Positions 44,471-57,500 of a stretch of DNA of 64,000 nt are shown here, one piece after another; within the stretch, counting starts at the first letter, position 1, and every line of letters starts with the position of its first letter. The translations under genes and the position numbers were made by a program. Location of the stretch: positions 31,062,001 to 31,126,000 of the forward strand of contig OZ024750.1 in NCBI GenBank assembly GCA_964016885.1. Reading direction: 5' to 3'. This DNA comes from Eledone cirrhosa (lineage: Eukaryota). The notes under the pieces were generated by a model. That model was given only the letters and a program-made list of their open reading frames with translations. It made no database searches and was not told the origin of the DNA.

Positions 44471-46480
44471 ATAAACCTAGTGTACACTAACATAACATGT
44501 ACAGACCTCTCCCAGAAGAGATAGACCTAGTGTACACTAACATAACATGTAGAAACCGCTCTCAGAAGAGATAGACCTAGTGTACACTAACATAACATGT
44601 AGAAACCTCTCCCAGAAGAGAGAGACCTAGTCTACACTAACATAAGATGTACAGACCTCTCTCAGAAGAGATAAACCTAGTGTACACTAACATAACATGT
44701 ACAGACCTCTCTCAGAAGAGATAGACCTAGTGTACACTAACATAACATGTAGAAACCTCTCCCAGAAGAGATAAACCTAGTGTACACTAACATAACATGT
44801 ACAGACCTCTCTCAGAAGAGATAAACCTAGTGTACACTAACATAACATGTAGAAACCTCTCCCAGAATAGATAAACCTAGTGTACACTAACATAACATGT
44901 AGAAACCTCTCCCAGAAGAGATAAACCTAGTGTACACTAACATAACATGTACAGACCTCTCTCAGAAGAGATAAACCTAGTGTACACTAAAATAAGATGT
45001 ACAGACCTCTCTCAGAAGAGATAGACCTAGTGTACACTAACATAACATGTACAGACCTCTCTCAGAAGAGATAGACCTAGTGTACACTAACATAACATGT
45101 AGAAACCTCTCTCAGAAGGGATAGACCTAGCGTACACTAACATAACATGTAGAAACCTCTCTCAGAAGGGATAGACCTAGTGTACACTAACATAACATGT
45201 AGAAACCTCTCCCAGAAGGGATAGACCTAGTGTACACTAACATAACATGTAGAAACCTCTCTCAGAAGGGATAGACCTAGTGTACACTAACATAACATGT
45301 AGAAACCTCTCTCAGAAGGGATAGACCTAGTGTACACTAACATAACATGTAGAAACCTCTCTCAGAAGGGATAGACCTAGTGTACACTAACATAACATGT
45401 AGAAACCTCTCTCAGAAGGGATAGACCTAGTGTACACTAACATAACATGTAGAAACCTCTCCCAGAAGAGATAGACCTAGTGTACACTAACATAACATGT
45501 AGAAACCTCTCTCAGAAGGGATAGACCTAGTGTACACTAACATAACATGTAGAAACCTCTCTCAGAAGGGATAAACCTAGTGTACACTAACATAACATGT
45601 AGAAACCTCTCCCAGAAGAGATAGACCTAGTGTACACTAACATAACATGTACAGACCTCTCTCGGAAGAGATAGACCTAGTGTACACTAACATAACATGT
45701 ACAGACCTCTCTCAGAAGAGATAGACTTAGTGTACACTAACATAACATGTAGAAACCTCTCTCAGAAGAGATAGACCTAGTGTACACTAACATAACATGT
45801 ACAGACCTCTCTCAGAAGAGATAGACCTAGTGTACACTAACATAACATGTAGAAACCTCTCTCAGAAGAGATAGACCGAGTGTACACTAACATAACATGT
45901 AGAAACCTCTCCCAGAAGAGATAGACCTAGTGTACACTAACATAACATGTAGAAACCTCTCTCAGAAGGGATAGACCTAGTGTACACTAACATAACATGT
46001 AGAAACCTCTCTCAGAAGAGATAGACCTAGTGTACACTAACATAACATGTAGAAACCTCTCTCAGAAGGGATAGACCTAGTGTACACTAACATAACATGT
46101 AGAAACCTCTCTCAGAAGAGATAGACCTAGTGTACACTAACATAACATGTAGAAACCTCTCTCAGAAGAGATAGACCTAGTGTACACTAACATAACATGT
46201 AGAAACCTCTCTCAGAAGAGATAAACCTAGTGTACACTAACATAACATGTAGAAACCTCTCTCAGAAGAGATAGACCGAGTGTACACTAACATAACATGT
46301 AGAAACCTCTCCCAGAAGAGATAGACCTAGTGTACACTAACATAACATGTAGAAACCTCTCTCAGAAGAGATAGACCTAGTGTACCCTAACACAACATGT
46401 AGAAACCTCTCTCAGAAGAGAAAGACCTAGTGTACACTAACATAACATGTAGAAACCTCTCTCAGAAGAGATAAACCTAG
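42480..46480. repeat. Duplication with period 2150 bp (43 monomers)
   Basis: CCCAGAATAG 42711/44861, CGTACAC 42981/45131, CTCGGAAG 43511/45661, TGTACCCTAACACAAC 44231/46381. Confidence 0.87.
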
Positions 46481-49400
46481 TGTACACTAACATAACATGT
46501 ACAGACGTCTCCCAGAAGAGATAGACCTAGTGTACACTAACATAACATGTAGAAACCGCTCTCAGAAGAGATAGACCTAGTGTACACTAACATAACATGT
46601 AGAAACCTCTCCCAGAAGAGATAGACCTAGTGTACACTAACATAACATGTAGAAACCTCTCCCAGAAGAGATAGACCTAGTGTACACTAACATAACATGT
46701 AGAAACCTCTCTCAGAAGAGATAGACCTAGTGTACACTAACATAACATGTAGAAACCTCTCCCAGAAGAGATAGACCTAGTGTACACGATCATAACATGT
46801 ACAGACCTCTCCCAGAAGAGATAGACCTAGTGTACACTAACATAACATGTACAGACGTCTCCCAGAAGAGATAGACCTAGTGTACACTAACATAACATGT
46901 AGAAACCTCTCTCAGAAGGGATAGACCTAGTGTACACTAACATAACATGTAGAAACCTCTCTCAGAAGGGATAGACCTAGTGTACACTAACATAACATGT
47001 AGAAACCTCTCTCAGAAGGGATAGACCTAGTGTACACTAACATAACATGTAGAAACCTCTCTCAGAAGGGATAGACCTAGTGTACACTAACATAACATGT
47101 AGAAACCTCTCTCAGAAGGGATAGACCTAGTGTACACTAACATAACATGTAGAAACCTCTCCCAGAAGAGATAGACCTAGTGTACACTAACATAACATGT
47201 AAAAACCTCTCTCAGAAGGGATAGACCTAGGGTACACTAACATAACATGTAGAAACCTCTCACAGAAGGGATAGACCTAGTGTACACTAACATAACATGT
47301 CGAAACCTCTCACAGAAGAGATAGACCTAGTGTACACTAACATAACATGTACAGACCTCTCTCAGAAGAGATAGACCTAGTTTACACTAACATAACATGT
47401 ACAGATCTCTCCCAGAAGAGATAGACTTAGTGTACACTAACATAACATGTAGAAACCTCTCCCAGAAGAGATAGACCTAGTGTACACTAACATAACATGT
47501 ACAGACCTCTCTCAGAAGAGATAGACTTAGTGTACACTAACATAACATGTAGAAACCTCTCTCAGAAGAGATAGACCTAGTGTACACTAACATAACATGT
47601 ACAGACTCTCTCAGAAGAGATAGACCTAGTGTACACTAACATAACATGTAGAAACCTCTCTCAGAAGAGATAAACCTAGTGTACACTAACATAACATGTA
47701 GAAACCTCTCTCAGAAGAGATAGACCGAGTGTACACTAACATAACATGTAGAAACCTCTCCCAGATGAGATAGACCTAGTGTACACTAACATAACATGTA
47801 GAAACCTCTCTCAGAAGAGATAGACCTAGTGTACACTAACATTACATGTAGAAACCTCTCCCAGAAGAGATAGACCTAGTGTACACTAACATAACATGTA
47901 CAGACCTCTCCCAGAAGAGATAGACCTAGTGTACACTAACATAACATGTACAGACGTCTCCCAGAAGAGAGAGACCTAGTGTACACTAACATAACATGTA
48001 GAAACCTCTCTCAGAAGAGATAAACCTAGTGTACACTAACATAACATGTACAGACCTCTCTCAGAAGAGATAGACCTAGTGTACACTAACATAACATGTA
48101 GAAACCTCTCTCAGAAGAGATAGACCTAGTGTACACTAACATAACATGTAGAAACCTCTCTCAGAAGAGATAAACCTAGTGTACACTAACATAACATGTT
48201 GAAACCTCTCTCAGAAGAGATAAACCTAGTGTACACTAACATAACATGTACAGACCTCTCTCAGAAGAGATAGACCTAGTGTACACTAACATAACATGTA
48301 GAAACCTCTCTCAGAAGAGATAGACCTAGTATACACTAACATAAGATGTACAGACCTCTCCCAGAAGAGATAGACCTAGTGTACACTAACATAACATGTA
48401 GAAACCTCTCCCAGAAGAGATAGACCTAGTGTACACTAACATAACATGTAGAAACCTCTCCCAGAAGAGATAAACCTAGTGTACACTAACATAACATGTA
48501 CAGACCCCTCTCAGAAGAGATAGACCTAGTGTACACTAACATAACACGTAGAAACCTCTCCCAGAAGAGATAGACCTAGTGTACACTAACATAACATGTA
48601 GAAACCGCTCTCAGAAGAGATAGACCTAGTGTACACTAACATAACATGTACAGACCTCTCCCAGAAGAGATAGACCTAGTGTACACTAAAATAAGATGTA
48701 CAGACCTCTCTCAGAAGAGATAGACCTAGTGTAAACTAACATAACATGTAGAAACCTCTCCCAGAAGAGATAGACCTAGTGTACACTAACATAAGATGTA
48801 CAGACCTCTCCCAGAAGAGATAGACCTAGTGTACACTAACATAACATGTAGAAACCTCTCCCAGAAGAGATAGACCTAGTGTACAATAACATAAGATGTA
48901 CAGACCTCTCTCAGAAGAGATAGACCTCGTGTACACTAACATAACATGTAGAAACCTCTCCCAGAAGAGATAGACCTAGTGTACACTAACATAACATGTA
49001 CAGACCTCTCCCACAAGAGATAGACCTAGTGTACACTAAAATAAGATGTACAGACCTCTCTCAGAAGAGATAAACCTAGTGTACACTAAAATAAGATGTA
49101 CAGACCTCTCTCAGAAGAGATAGACCTAGTGTACACTAACATAACATGTACAGACCTCTCTCAGAAGAGATAGACCTAGTGTACACTAACATAACATGTA
49201 CAGATCTCTCTCAGAAGAGATAGACCTAGTGTACACTAACATAACATGTACAGACCTCTCTCAGAAGAGATAGACCTAGTGTACACTAACATAACATGTA
49301 CAGAACTCTCTCAGAAGAGATAGACCTAGTCTACACTAACATAAGATGTACAGACCTCTCTCAGAAGAGATAAACCTAGTGTACACTAACATAACATGTA

Positions 49401-49989
49401 CAGACCTCTCTCAGAAGAGATAGACCTAGTGTACACTAACATAACATGTAGAAACCTCTCCCAGAAGAGATAAACCTAGTGTACACTAACATAACATGTA
49501 CAGACCTCTCTCAGAAGAGATAAACCTAGTGTACACTAACATAACATGTAGAAACCTCTCCCAGAATAGATAAACCTAGTGTACACTAACATAACATGTA
49601 GAAACCTCTCCCAGAAGAGATAAACCTAGTGTACACTAACATAACATGTACAGACCTCTCTCAGAAGAGATAAACCTAGTGTACACTAAAATAAGATGTA
49701 CAGACCTCTCTCAGAAGAGATAGACCTAGTGTACACTAACATAACATGTACAGACCTCTCTCAGAAGAGATAGACCTAGTGTACACTAACATAACATGTA
49801 GAAACCTCTCTCAGAAGGGATAGACCTAGTGTACACTAACATAACATGTAGAAACCTCTCTCAGAAGGGATAGACCTAGTGTACACTAACATAACATGTA
49901 GAAACCTCTCCCAGAAGGGATAGACCTAGTGTACACTAACATAACATGTAGAAACCTCTCTCAGAAGGGATAGACCTAGTGTACACTAA

Positions 49990-52350
49990 CATAACATGTA
50001 GAAACCTCTCCCAGAAGGGATAGACCTAGTGTACACTAACATAACATGTAGAAACCTCTCTCAGAAGGGATAGACCTAGTGTACACTAACATAACATGTA
50101 GAAACCTCTCTCAGAAGGGATAGACCTAGTGTACACTAACATAACATGTAGAAACCTCTCCCAGAAGAGATAGACCTAGTGTACACTAACATAACATGTA
50201 GAAACCTCTCTCAGAAGGGATAGACCTAGGGTACACTAACATAACATGTAGAAACCTCTCTCAGAAGGGATAAACCTAGTGTACACTAACATAACATGTA
50301 GAAACCTCTCCCAGAAAAGATAGACCTAGTGTACACTAACATAACGTGTACAGACCTCTCTCGGAAGAGATAGACCTAGTGTACACTAACATAACATGTA
50401 CAGACCTCTCTCAGAAGAGATAGACTTAGTGTACACTAACATAACATGTAAAGACCTCTCCCAGAAGAGATAGACCTAGTGTACACTAACATAATATGTA
50501 GAAACCTCTCCCAGAAGAGATAGACCTATTGTACACTAACATAACATGTAGAAACCTCTCTCAGAAGGGATAGACCTAGTGTACACTAACATAACATGTA
50601 GAAACCTCTCTCAGAAGAGATAGACCTAGTGTACACTAACATAACATGTAGAAACCTCTCTCAGAAGGGATAGACCTAGTGTACACTAACATAACATGTA
50701 GAAACCTCTCTCAGAAGAGATAGACCTAGTGTACACTAACATAACATGTAGAAACCTCTCTCAGAAGAGATAGACCTAGTGTACACTAACATAACATGTA
50801 GAAACCTCTCTCAGAAGAGATAAACCTAGTGTACACTAACATAACATGTAGAAACCTCTCTCAGAAGAGATAGACCGAGTGTACACTAACATAACATGTA
50901 GAAACCTCTCCCAGAAGAGATAGACCTAGTGTACACTAACATAACATGTAGAAACCTCTCTCAGAAGAGATAGACCTAGTGTACACTAACATAACATGTG
51001 GAAACCTCTCTCAGAAGAGAAAGACCTAGTGTACACTAACATAACATGTAGAAACCTCTCTCAGAAGGGATAGACCTAGTGTACACTAACATAACATGTA
51101 GAAACCTCTCTCAGAAGAGATAGACCTAGTGTACACTAACATAACATGTAGAAACCTCTCTCAGAAGAGATAGATCTAGTGTACACTAACATAACATGTA
51201 GAAACCTCTCCCAGAAGGGATAGACCTAGTGTACACTAACATAACATGTAGAAACCTCTCTCAGAAGGGATAGACCTAGTGTACACTAACATAACATGTA
51301 GAAACCTCTCTCAGAAGGGATAGACCTAGTGTACACTAACATAACATGTAGAAACCTCTCCCAGAAGAGATAGACCTAGTGTACACTAACATAACATGTA
51401 GAAACCTCTCTCAGAAGGGATAGACCTAGGGTACACTAACATAACATGTAGAAACCTCTCTCAGAAGGGATAAACCTAGTGTACACTAACATAACATGTA
51501 GAAACCTCTCCCAGAAGAGATAGACCTAGTGTACACTAACATAACGTGTACAGACCTCTCTCGGAAGAGATAGACCTAGTGTACACTAACATAACATGTA
51601 CAGACCTCTCTCAGAAGAGATAGACTTAGTGTACACTAACATAACATGTAGAAACCTCTCTCAGAAGAGATAGACCTAGTGTACACTAACATAACATGTA
51701 CAGACCTCTCTCAGAAGAGATATACCTAGTGTACACTAACATAACATGTAGAAACCTCTCCCAGAAGAGATAGACCTAGTGTACACTAACATAACATGTA
51801 AAGACCTCTCCCAGAAGAGATAGACCTAGTGTACACTAACATAATATGTAGAAACCTCTCCCAGAAGAGATAGACCTAGTGTACACTAACATAACATGTA
51901 GAAACCTCTCTCATAAGAGATAGACCTAGTGTACACTAACATAACATGTAGAAACCTCTCTCAGAAGGGATAGACCTAGTGTACACTAACATAACATGTA
52001 GAAACCTCTCTCAGAAGAGATAGACCTAGTGTACACTAACATAACATGTAGAAACCTCTCTCAGAAGAGATAGACCTAGTGTACACTAACATAACATGTA
52101 GAAACCTCTCTCAGAAGAGATAAACCTAGTGTACACTAACATAACATGTAGAAACCTCTCTCAGAAGAGATAGACCGAGTGTACACTAACATAACATGTA
52201 GAAACCTCTCCCAGAAGAGATAGACCTAGTGTACACTAACATAACATGTAGAAACCTCTCTCAGAAGAGATAGACCTAGTGTACACTAACATAACATGTA
52301 GAAACCTCTCTCAGAAGAGAAAGACCTAGTGTACACTAACATAACATGTA
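49990..52350. repeat. Imperfect duplication with offset 1200-1350 bp
   Basis: CCTAGGGTAC ~50225/~51425 and ATAACGTGTA 50341/51541 (offset 1200), AAGACC 50451/51801 and ATAATATGTA 50491/51841 (1350), TAGACCGAG 50871/52171 (1300). Confidence 0.78.
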
Positions 52351-54539
52351 GAAACCTCTCTCAGAAGAGATAAACCTAGTGTACACTAACATAACATGTA
52401 GAAACCTCTCCCAGAAGAGAAAGACCTAGTGTACACTAACATAACATGTAGAAACCTCTCTCAGAAGAGATAGACCTAGTGTACACTAACATAACATGTA
52501 GAAACCTCTCTCAGAAGAGATAAACCTAGTGTACACTAACATAACATGAAGAAACCTCTCCCAGAAGAGATAGACCTAGTGTACACTATCATAACATGTA
52601 CAGACCTCTCCCAGAAGAGATAGACCTAGTGTACACTAACATAACATGTACAGACGTCTCCCAGAAGAGATAGACCTAGTGTACACTAACATAACATGTA
52701 GAAACCTCTCTCAGAAGGGATAGACCTAGTGTACACTAACATAACATGTAGAAACCTCTCTCAGAAGGGATAGACCTAGTGTACACTAACATAACATGTA
52801 GAAACCTCTCTCAGAAGGGATAGACCTAGTGTACACTAACATAACATGTAGAAACCTCTCTCAGAAGGGATAGACCTAGTGTACACTAACATAACATGTA
52901 GAAACCTCTCTCAGAAGGGATAGACCTAGTGTACACTAACATAACATGTAGAAACCTCTCCCAGAAGAGATAGACCTAGTGTACACTAACATAACATGTA
53001 GAAACCTCTCTCAGAAGGGATAGACCTAGGGTACACTAACATAACATGTAGAAACCTCTCACAGAAGGGATAGACCTAGTGTACACTAACATAACATGTA
53101 GAAACCTCTCCCAGAAGAGATAGACCTAGTGTACACTAACATAACATGTTCAGACCTCTCTCAGAAGAGATAGACCTAGTGTACACTAACATAACATGTA
53201 CAGACCTCTCCCAGAAGAGATAGACCTAGTGTACACTAACATAACATGTAGAAACCTCTCCCAGAAGAGATAGACCTAGTGTACACTAACATAACATGTA
53301 CAGACCTCTCTCAGAAGAGATAGACTTAGTGTACACTAACATAACATGTAGAAACCTCTCTCAGAAGAGATAGACCTAGTGTACACTAACATAACATGTA
53401 CAGACTCTCTCAGAAGAGATAGACCTAGTGTACACTAACATAACATGTAGAAACCTCTCTCAGAAGAGATAAACCTAGTGTACACTAACATAACATGTAG
53501 AAACCTCTCTCAGAAGAGATAGACCGAGTGTACACTAACATAACATGTAGAAACCTCTCCCAGAAGAGATATACCTAGTGTACACTAACATAACATGTAG
53601 AAACCTCTCTCAGAAGAGATAGACCTAGTGTACACTAACATAACATGTAGAAACCTCTCTCAGAAGAGAAAGACCTAGTGTACACTAACATAACATGTAG
53701 AAACCTCTCTCAGAAGAGATAAACCTAGTGTACACTAACATAACATGTAGAAACCTCTCCCAGAAGAGAAAGACCTAGTGTACACTAACATAACATGTAG
53801 AAACCTCTCTCAGAAGAGATAGACCTAGTGTACACTAACATAACATGTAGAAACCTCTCTCAGAAGAGATAGACCTAGTGTACACTAACATAACATGTAG
53901 AAACCTCTCCCAGAAGAGATAGACCTAGTGTACACTAACATAACATGTAGAAACCTCTCCCAGAAGAGATAGACCTAGTGTACACAAACATAACATGTAG
54001 AAACCTCTCTCAGAAGAGATAGACCTAGTGTACACTAACATAACATGTAGAAACCTCTCCCAGAAGAGATAGACCTAGTGTACACTAACATAACATGTAC
54101 AGACCTCTCCCAGAAGAGATAGACCTAGTGTACACTAACATAACATGTACAGACGTCTCCCAGAAGAGATAGACCTAGTGTACACTAACATAACATGTAG
54201 AAACCTCTCTCAGAAGAGATAGACCTAGTGTACACTAACATAACATGTACAGACCTCTCTCAGAAGAGATAGACCTAGTGTACTCTAACATAACATGTAG
54301 AAACCTCTCTCAGAAGAGATAGACCTAGTGTACACTAACATAACATGTAGAAACCTCTCTCAGAAGAGATAAACCTAGTGTACACTAACATAACATGTAG
54401 AAACCTCTCTCAGAAGAGATAGACCTAGTGTACACTAACATAACATGTACAGACCTCTCTCAGAAGAGATAGACCTAGTGTACACTAACATAACATGTAC
54501 AGACCTCTCTCGGAAGAGATAGACCTAGTGTACACTAAC

Positions 54540-57500
54540 ATAACATGTACAGACCTCTCTCAGAAGAGATAGACTTAGTGTACACTAACATAACACGTAG
54601 AAACCTCTCTCAGAAGAGATAGACCTAGTGTACACTAACATAACATGTACAGACCTCTCCCAGAAGAGATAGACCTAGTGTACACTAACATAACATGTAG
54701 AAACCTCTCCCAGAAGAGATAGACCTAGTGTACACTAACATAACATGTACAGACCTCTCCCAGAAGAGATAGACCTAGTGTACACTAACATAATATGTAG
54801 AAACCTCTCCCAGAAGAGATAGACCTAGTGTACACTAACATAACATGTAGAAACCTCTCTCAGAAGGGATAGACCTAGTGTACACTAACATAACATGTAG
54901 AAACCTCTCTCAGAAGAGATAGACCTAGTGTACACTAACATAACATGTAGAAACCTCTCTCAGAAGGGATAGACCTAGTGTACACTAACATAACATGTAG
55001 AAACCTCTCTCAGAAGAGATAGACCTAGTGTACACTAACATAACATGTACAAACCTCTCTCAGAAGAGATAGACCTAGTGTACACTAACATAACATGTAG
55101 AAACCTCTCTCAGAAGAGATAAACCTAGTGTACACTAACATAACATGTAGAAACCTCTCTCAGAAGAGATAGACCGAGTGTACACTAACATAACATGTAG
55201 AAACCTCTCCCAGAAGAGATAGACCTAGTGTACACTAACATAACATGTAGAAACCTCTCTCAGAAGAGATAGACCTAGTGTACACTAACATAACATGTAG
55301 AAACCTCTCCCAGAAGAGATAGACCTAGTGTACACTAACATAACATGTACAGACGTCTCCCAGAAGAGATAGACCTAGTGTACACTAACATAACATGTAG
55401 AAACCTCTCTCAGAAGGGATAGACCTAGTGTACACTAACATAACATGTAGAAACCTCTCTCAGAAAAGATAGACCTAGTGTACACTAACATAACAGGTAG
55501 AAACCTCTCTCAGAAGGGATAGACCTAGTGTACACTAACATAACATGTAGAAACCTCTCTCAGAAGGGATAGACCTAGTGTACACTAACATAACATGTAG
55601 AAACCTCTCTCAGAAGGGATAGACCTAGTGTACACTAACATAACATGTAGAAACCTCTCCCAGAAGAGATAGACCTAGTGTACACTAACATAACATGTAG
55701 AAACCTCTCTCAGAAGGGATAGACCTAGGGTACACTAACATAACATGTAGAAACCTCTCACAGAAGGGATGGACCTAGTGTACACTAACATAACATGTAG
55801 AAACCTCTCCCAGAAGAGATAGACCTAGTGTACACTAACATAACATGTACAGACCTCTCTCAGAAGAGATAGACCTAGTGTACACTAACATAACATGTAC
55901 AGACCTCTCCCAGAAGAGATAGACCTAGTGTACACTAACATAACATGTAGAAACCTCTCCCAGAAGAGATAGACCTAGTGTACACTAACATAACATGTAC
56001 AGACCTCTCTCAGAAGAGATAGACTTAGTGTACACTAACATAACATGTAGAAACCTCTCTCAGAAGAGATAGACCTAGTGTACACTAACATAACATGTAC
56101 AGACTCTCTCAGAAGAGATAGACCTAGTGTACACTAACATAACATGTAGAAACCTCTCCCAGAAGAGATATACCTAGTGTACACTAACATAACATGTAGA
56201 AACCTCTCTCAGAAGAGATAGACCTAGTGTACACTAACATAACATGTAGAAACCTCTCTCAGAAGAGAAAGACCTTGTGTACACTACCATAACATGTAGA
56301 AACCTCTCTCAGAAGAGATAAACCTAGTGTACACTAACATAACATGTAGAAACCTCTCCCAGAAGAGAAAGACCTAGTGTACACTAACATAACATGTAGA
56401 AACCTCTCTCAGAAGAGATAGACCTAGTGTACACTAACATAACATGTAGAAACCTCTCTCAGAAGAGATAAACCTAATGTACACTAACATAACATGTACA
56501 GACCTCTCCCAGAAGTGATAGACCTAGTGTACACTAACATAACATGTAGAAACCTCTCTCAGAAGAGATAGACCTAGTGTACACTAACATAACATGTAGA
56601 AACCTCTCCCAGAAGAGATAGACCTAGTGTACACTAACATAACATGTAGAAACCTCTCCCAGAAGAGATAGACCTAGTGTACACTAACATAACATGTAGA
56701 AACCTCTCTCAGAAGAGATAGACCTAGTGTACACTAACATAACATGTAGAAACCTCTCCCAGAAGAGATAGACCTAGTGTACACTAACATAACATGTACA
56801 GACCTCTCCCAGAAGAGATAGACCTAGTGTACACTAACATAACATGTACAGACGTCTCCCAGAAGAGATAGACCTAGTGTACACTAACATAACATGTACA
56901 GACCTCTCTCAGAAGAGATAGACCTAGTGTACACTAACATAACATGTAGAAACCTCTCTCAGAAGAGATAGACCTAGTGTACACTAACATAACATGTAGA
57001 AACCTCTCTCAGAAGAGATAAACCTAGTGTACACTAACATGACATGTAGAAACCTCTCTCAGAAGAGATAAACCTAGTGTACACTAACATAACATATACA
57101 GACCTCTCTCAGAAGAGATAGACCTAGTGTACACTAACATAATATGTAGAAACCTCTCTCAGAAGAGATAGACCTAGTGTACACTAACATAACATGTAGA
57201 AACCTCTCTCAGAAGAGATAAACCTAGTGTACACTAACATAACATGTACAGACCTCTCCCAGAAGAGATAGACCTAGTGTACACTAACATAACATGTACA
57301 GACCTCTCTCAGAAGGGATAGACCTAGTGTACACTAACATAACATGTAGAAACCTCTCCCAGAAGAGATAAACCTAGTGTACACTAACATAACATGTACA
57401 GACCTCTCTCAGAAGAGATAGACCTAGTGTACACTAACATAACATGTAGAAACCTCTCCCAGAAGAGATAGACCTAGTGTACACTAACATAACATGTAGA

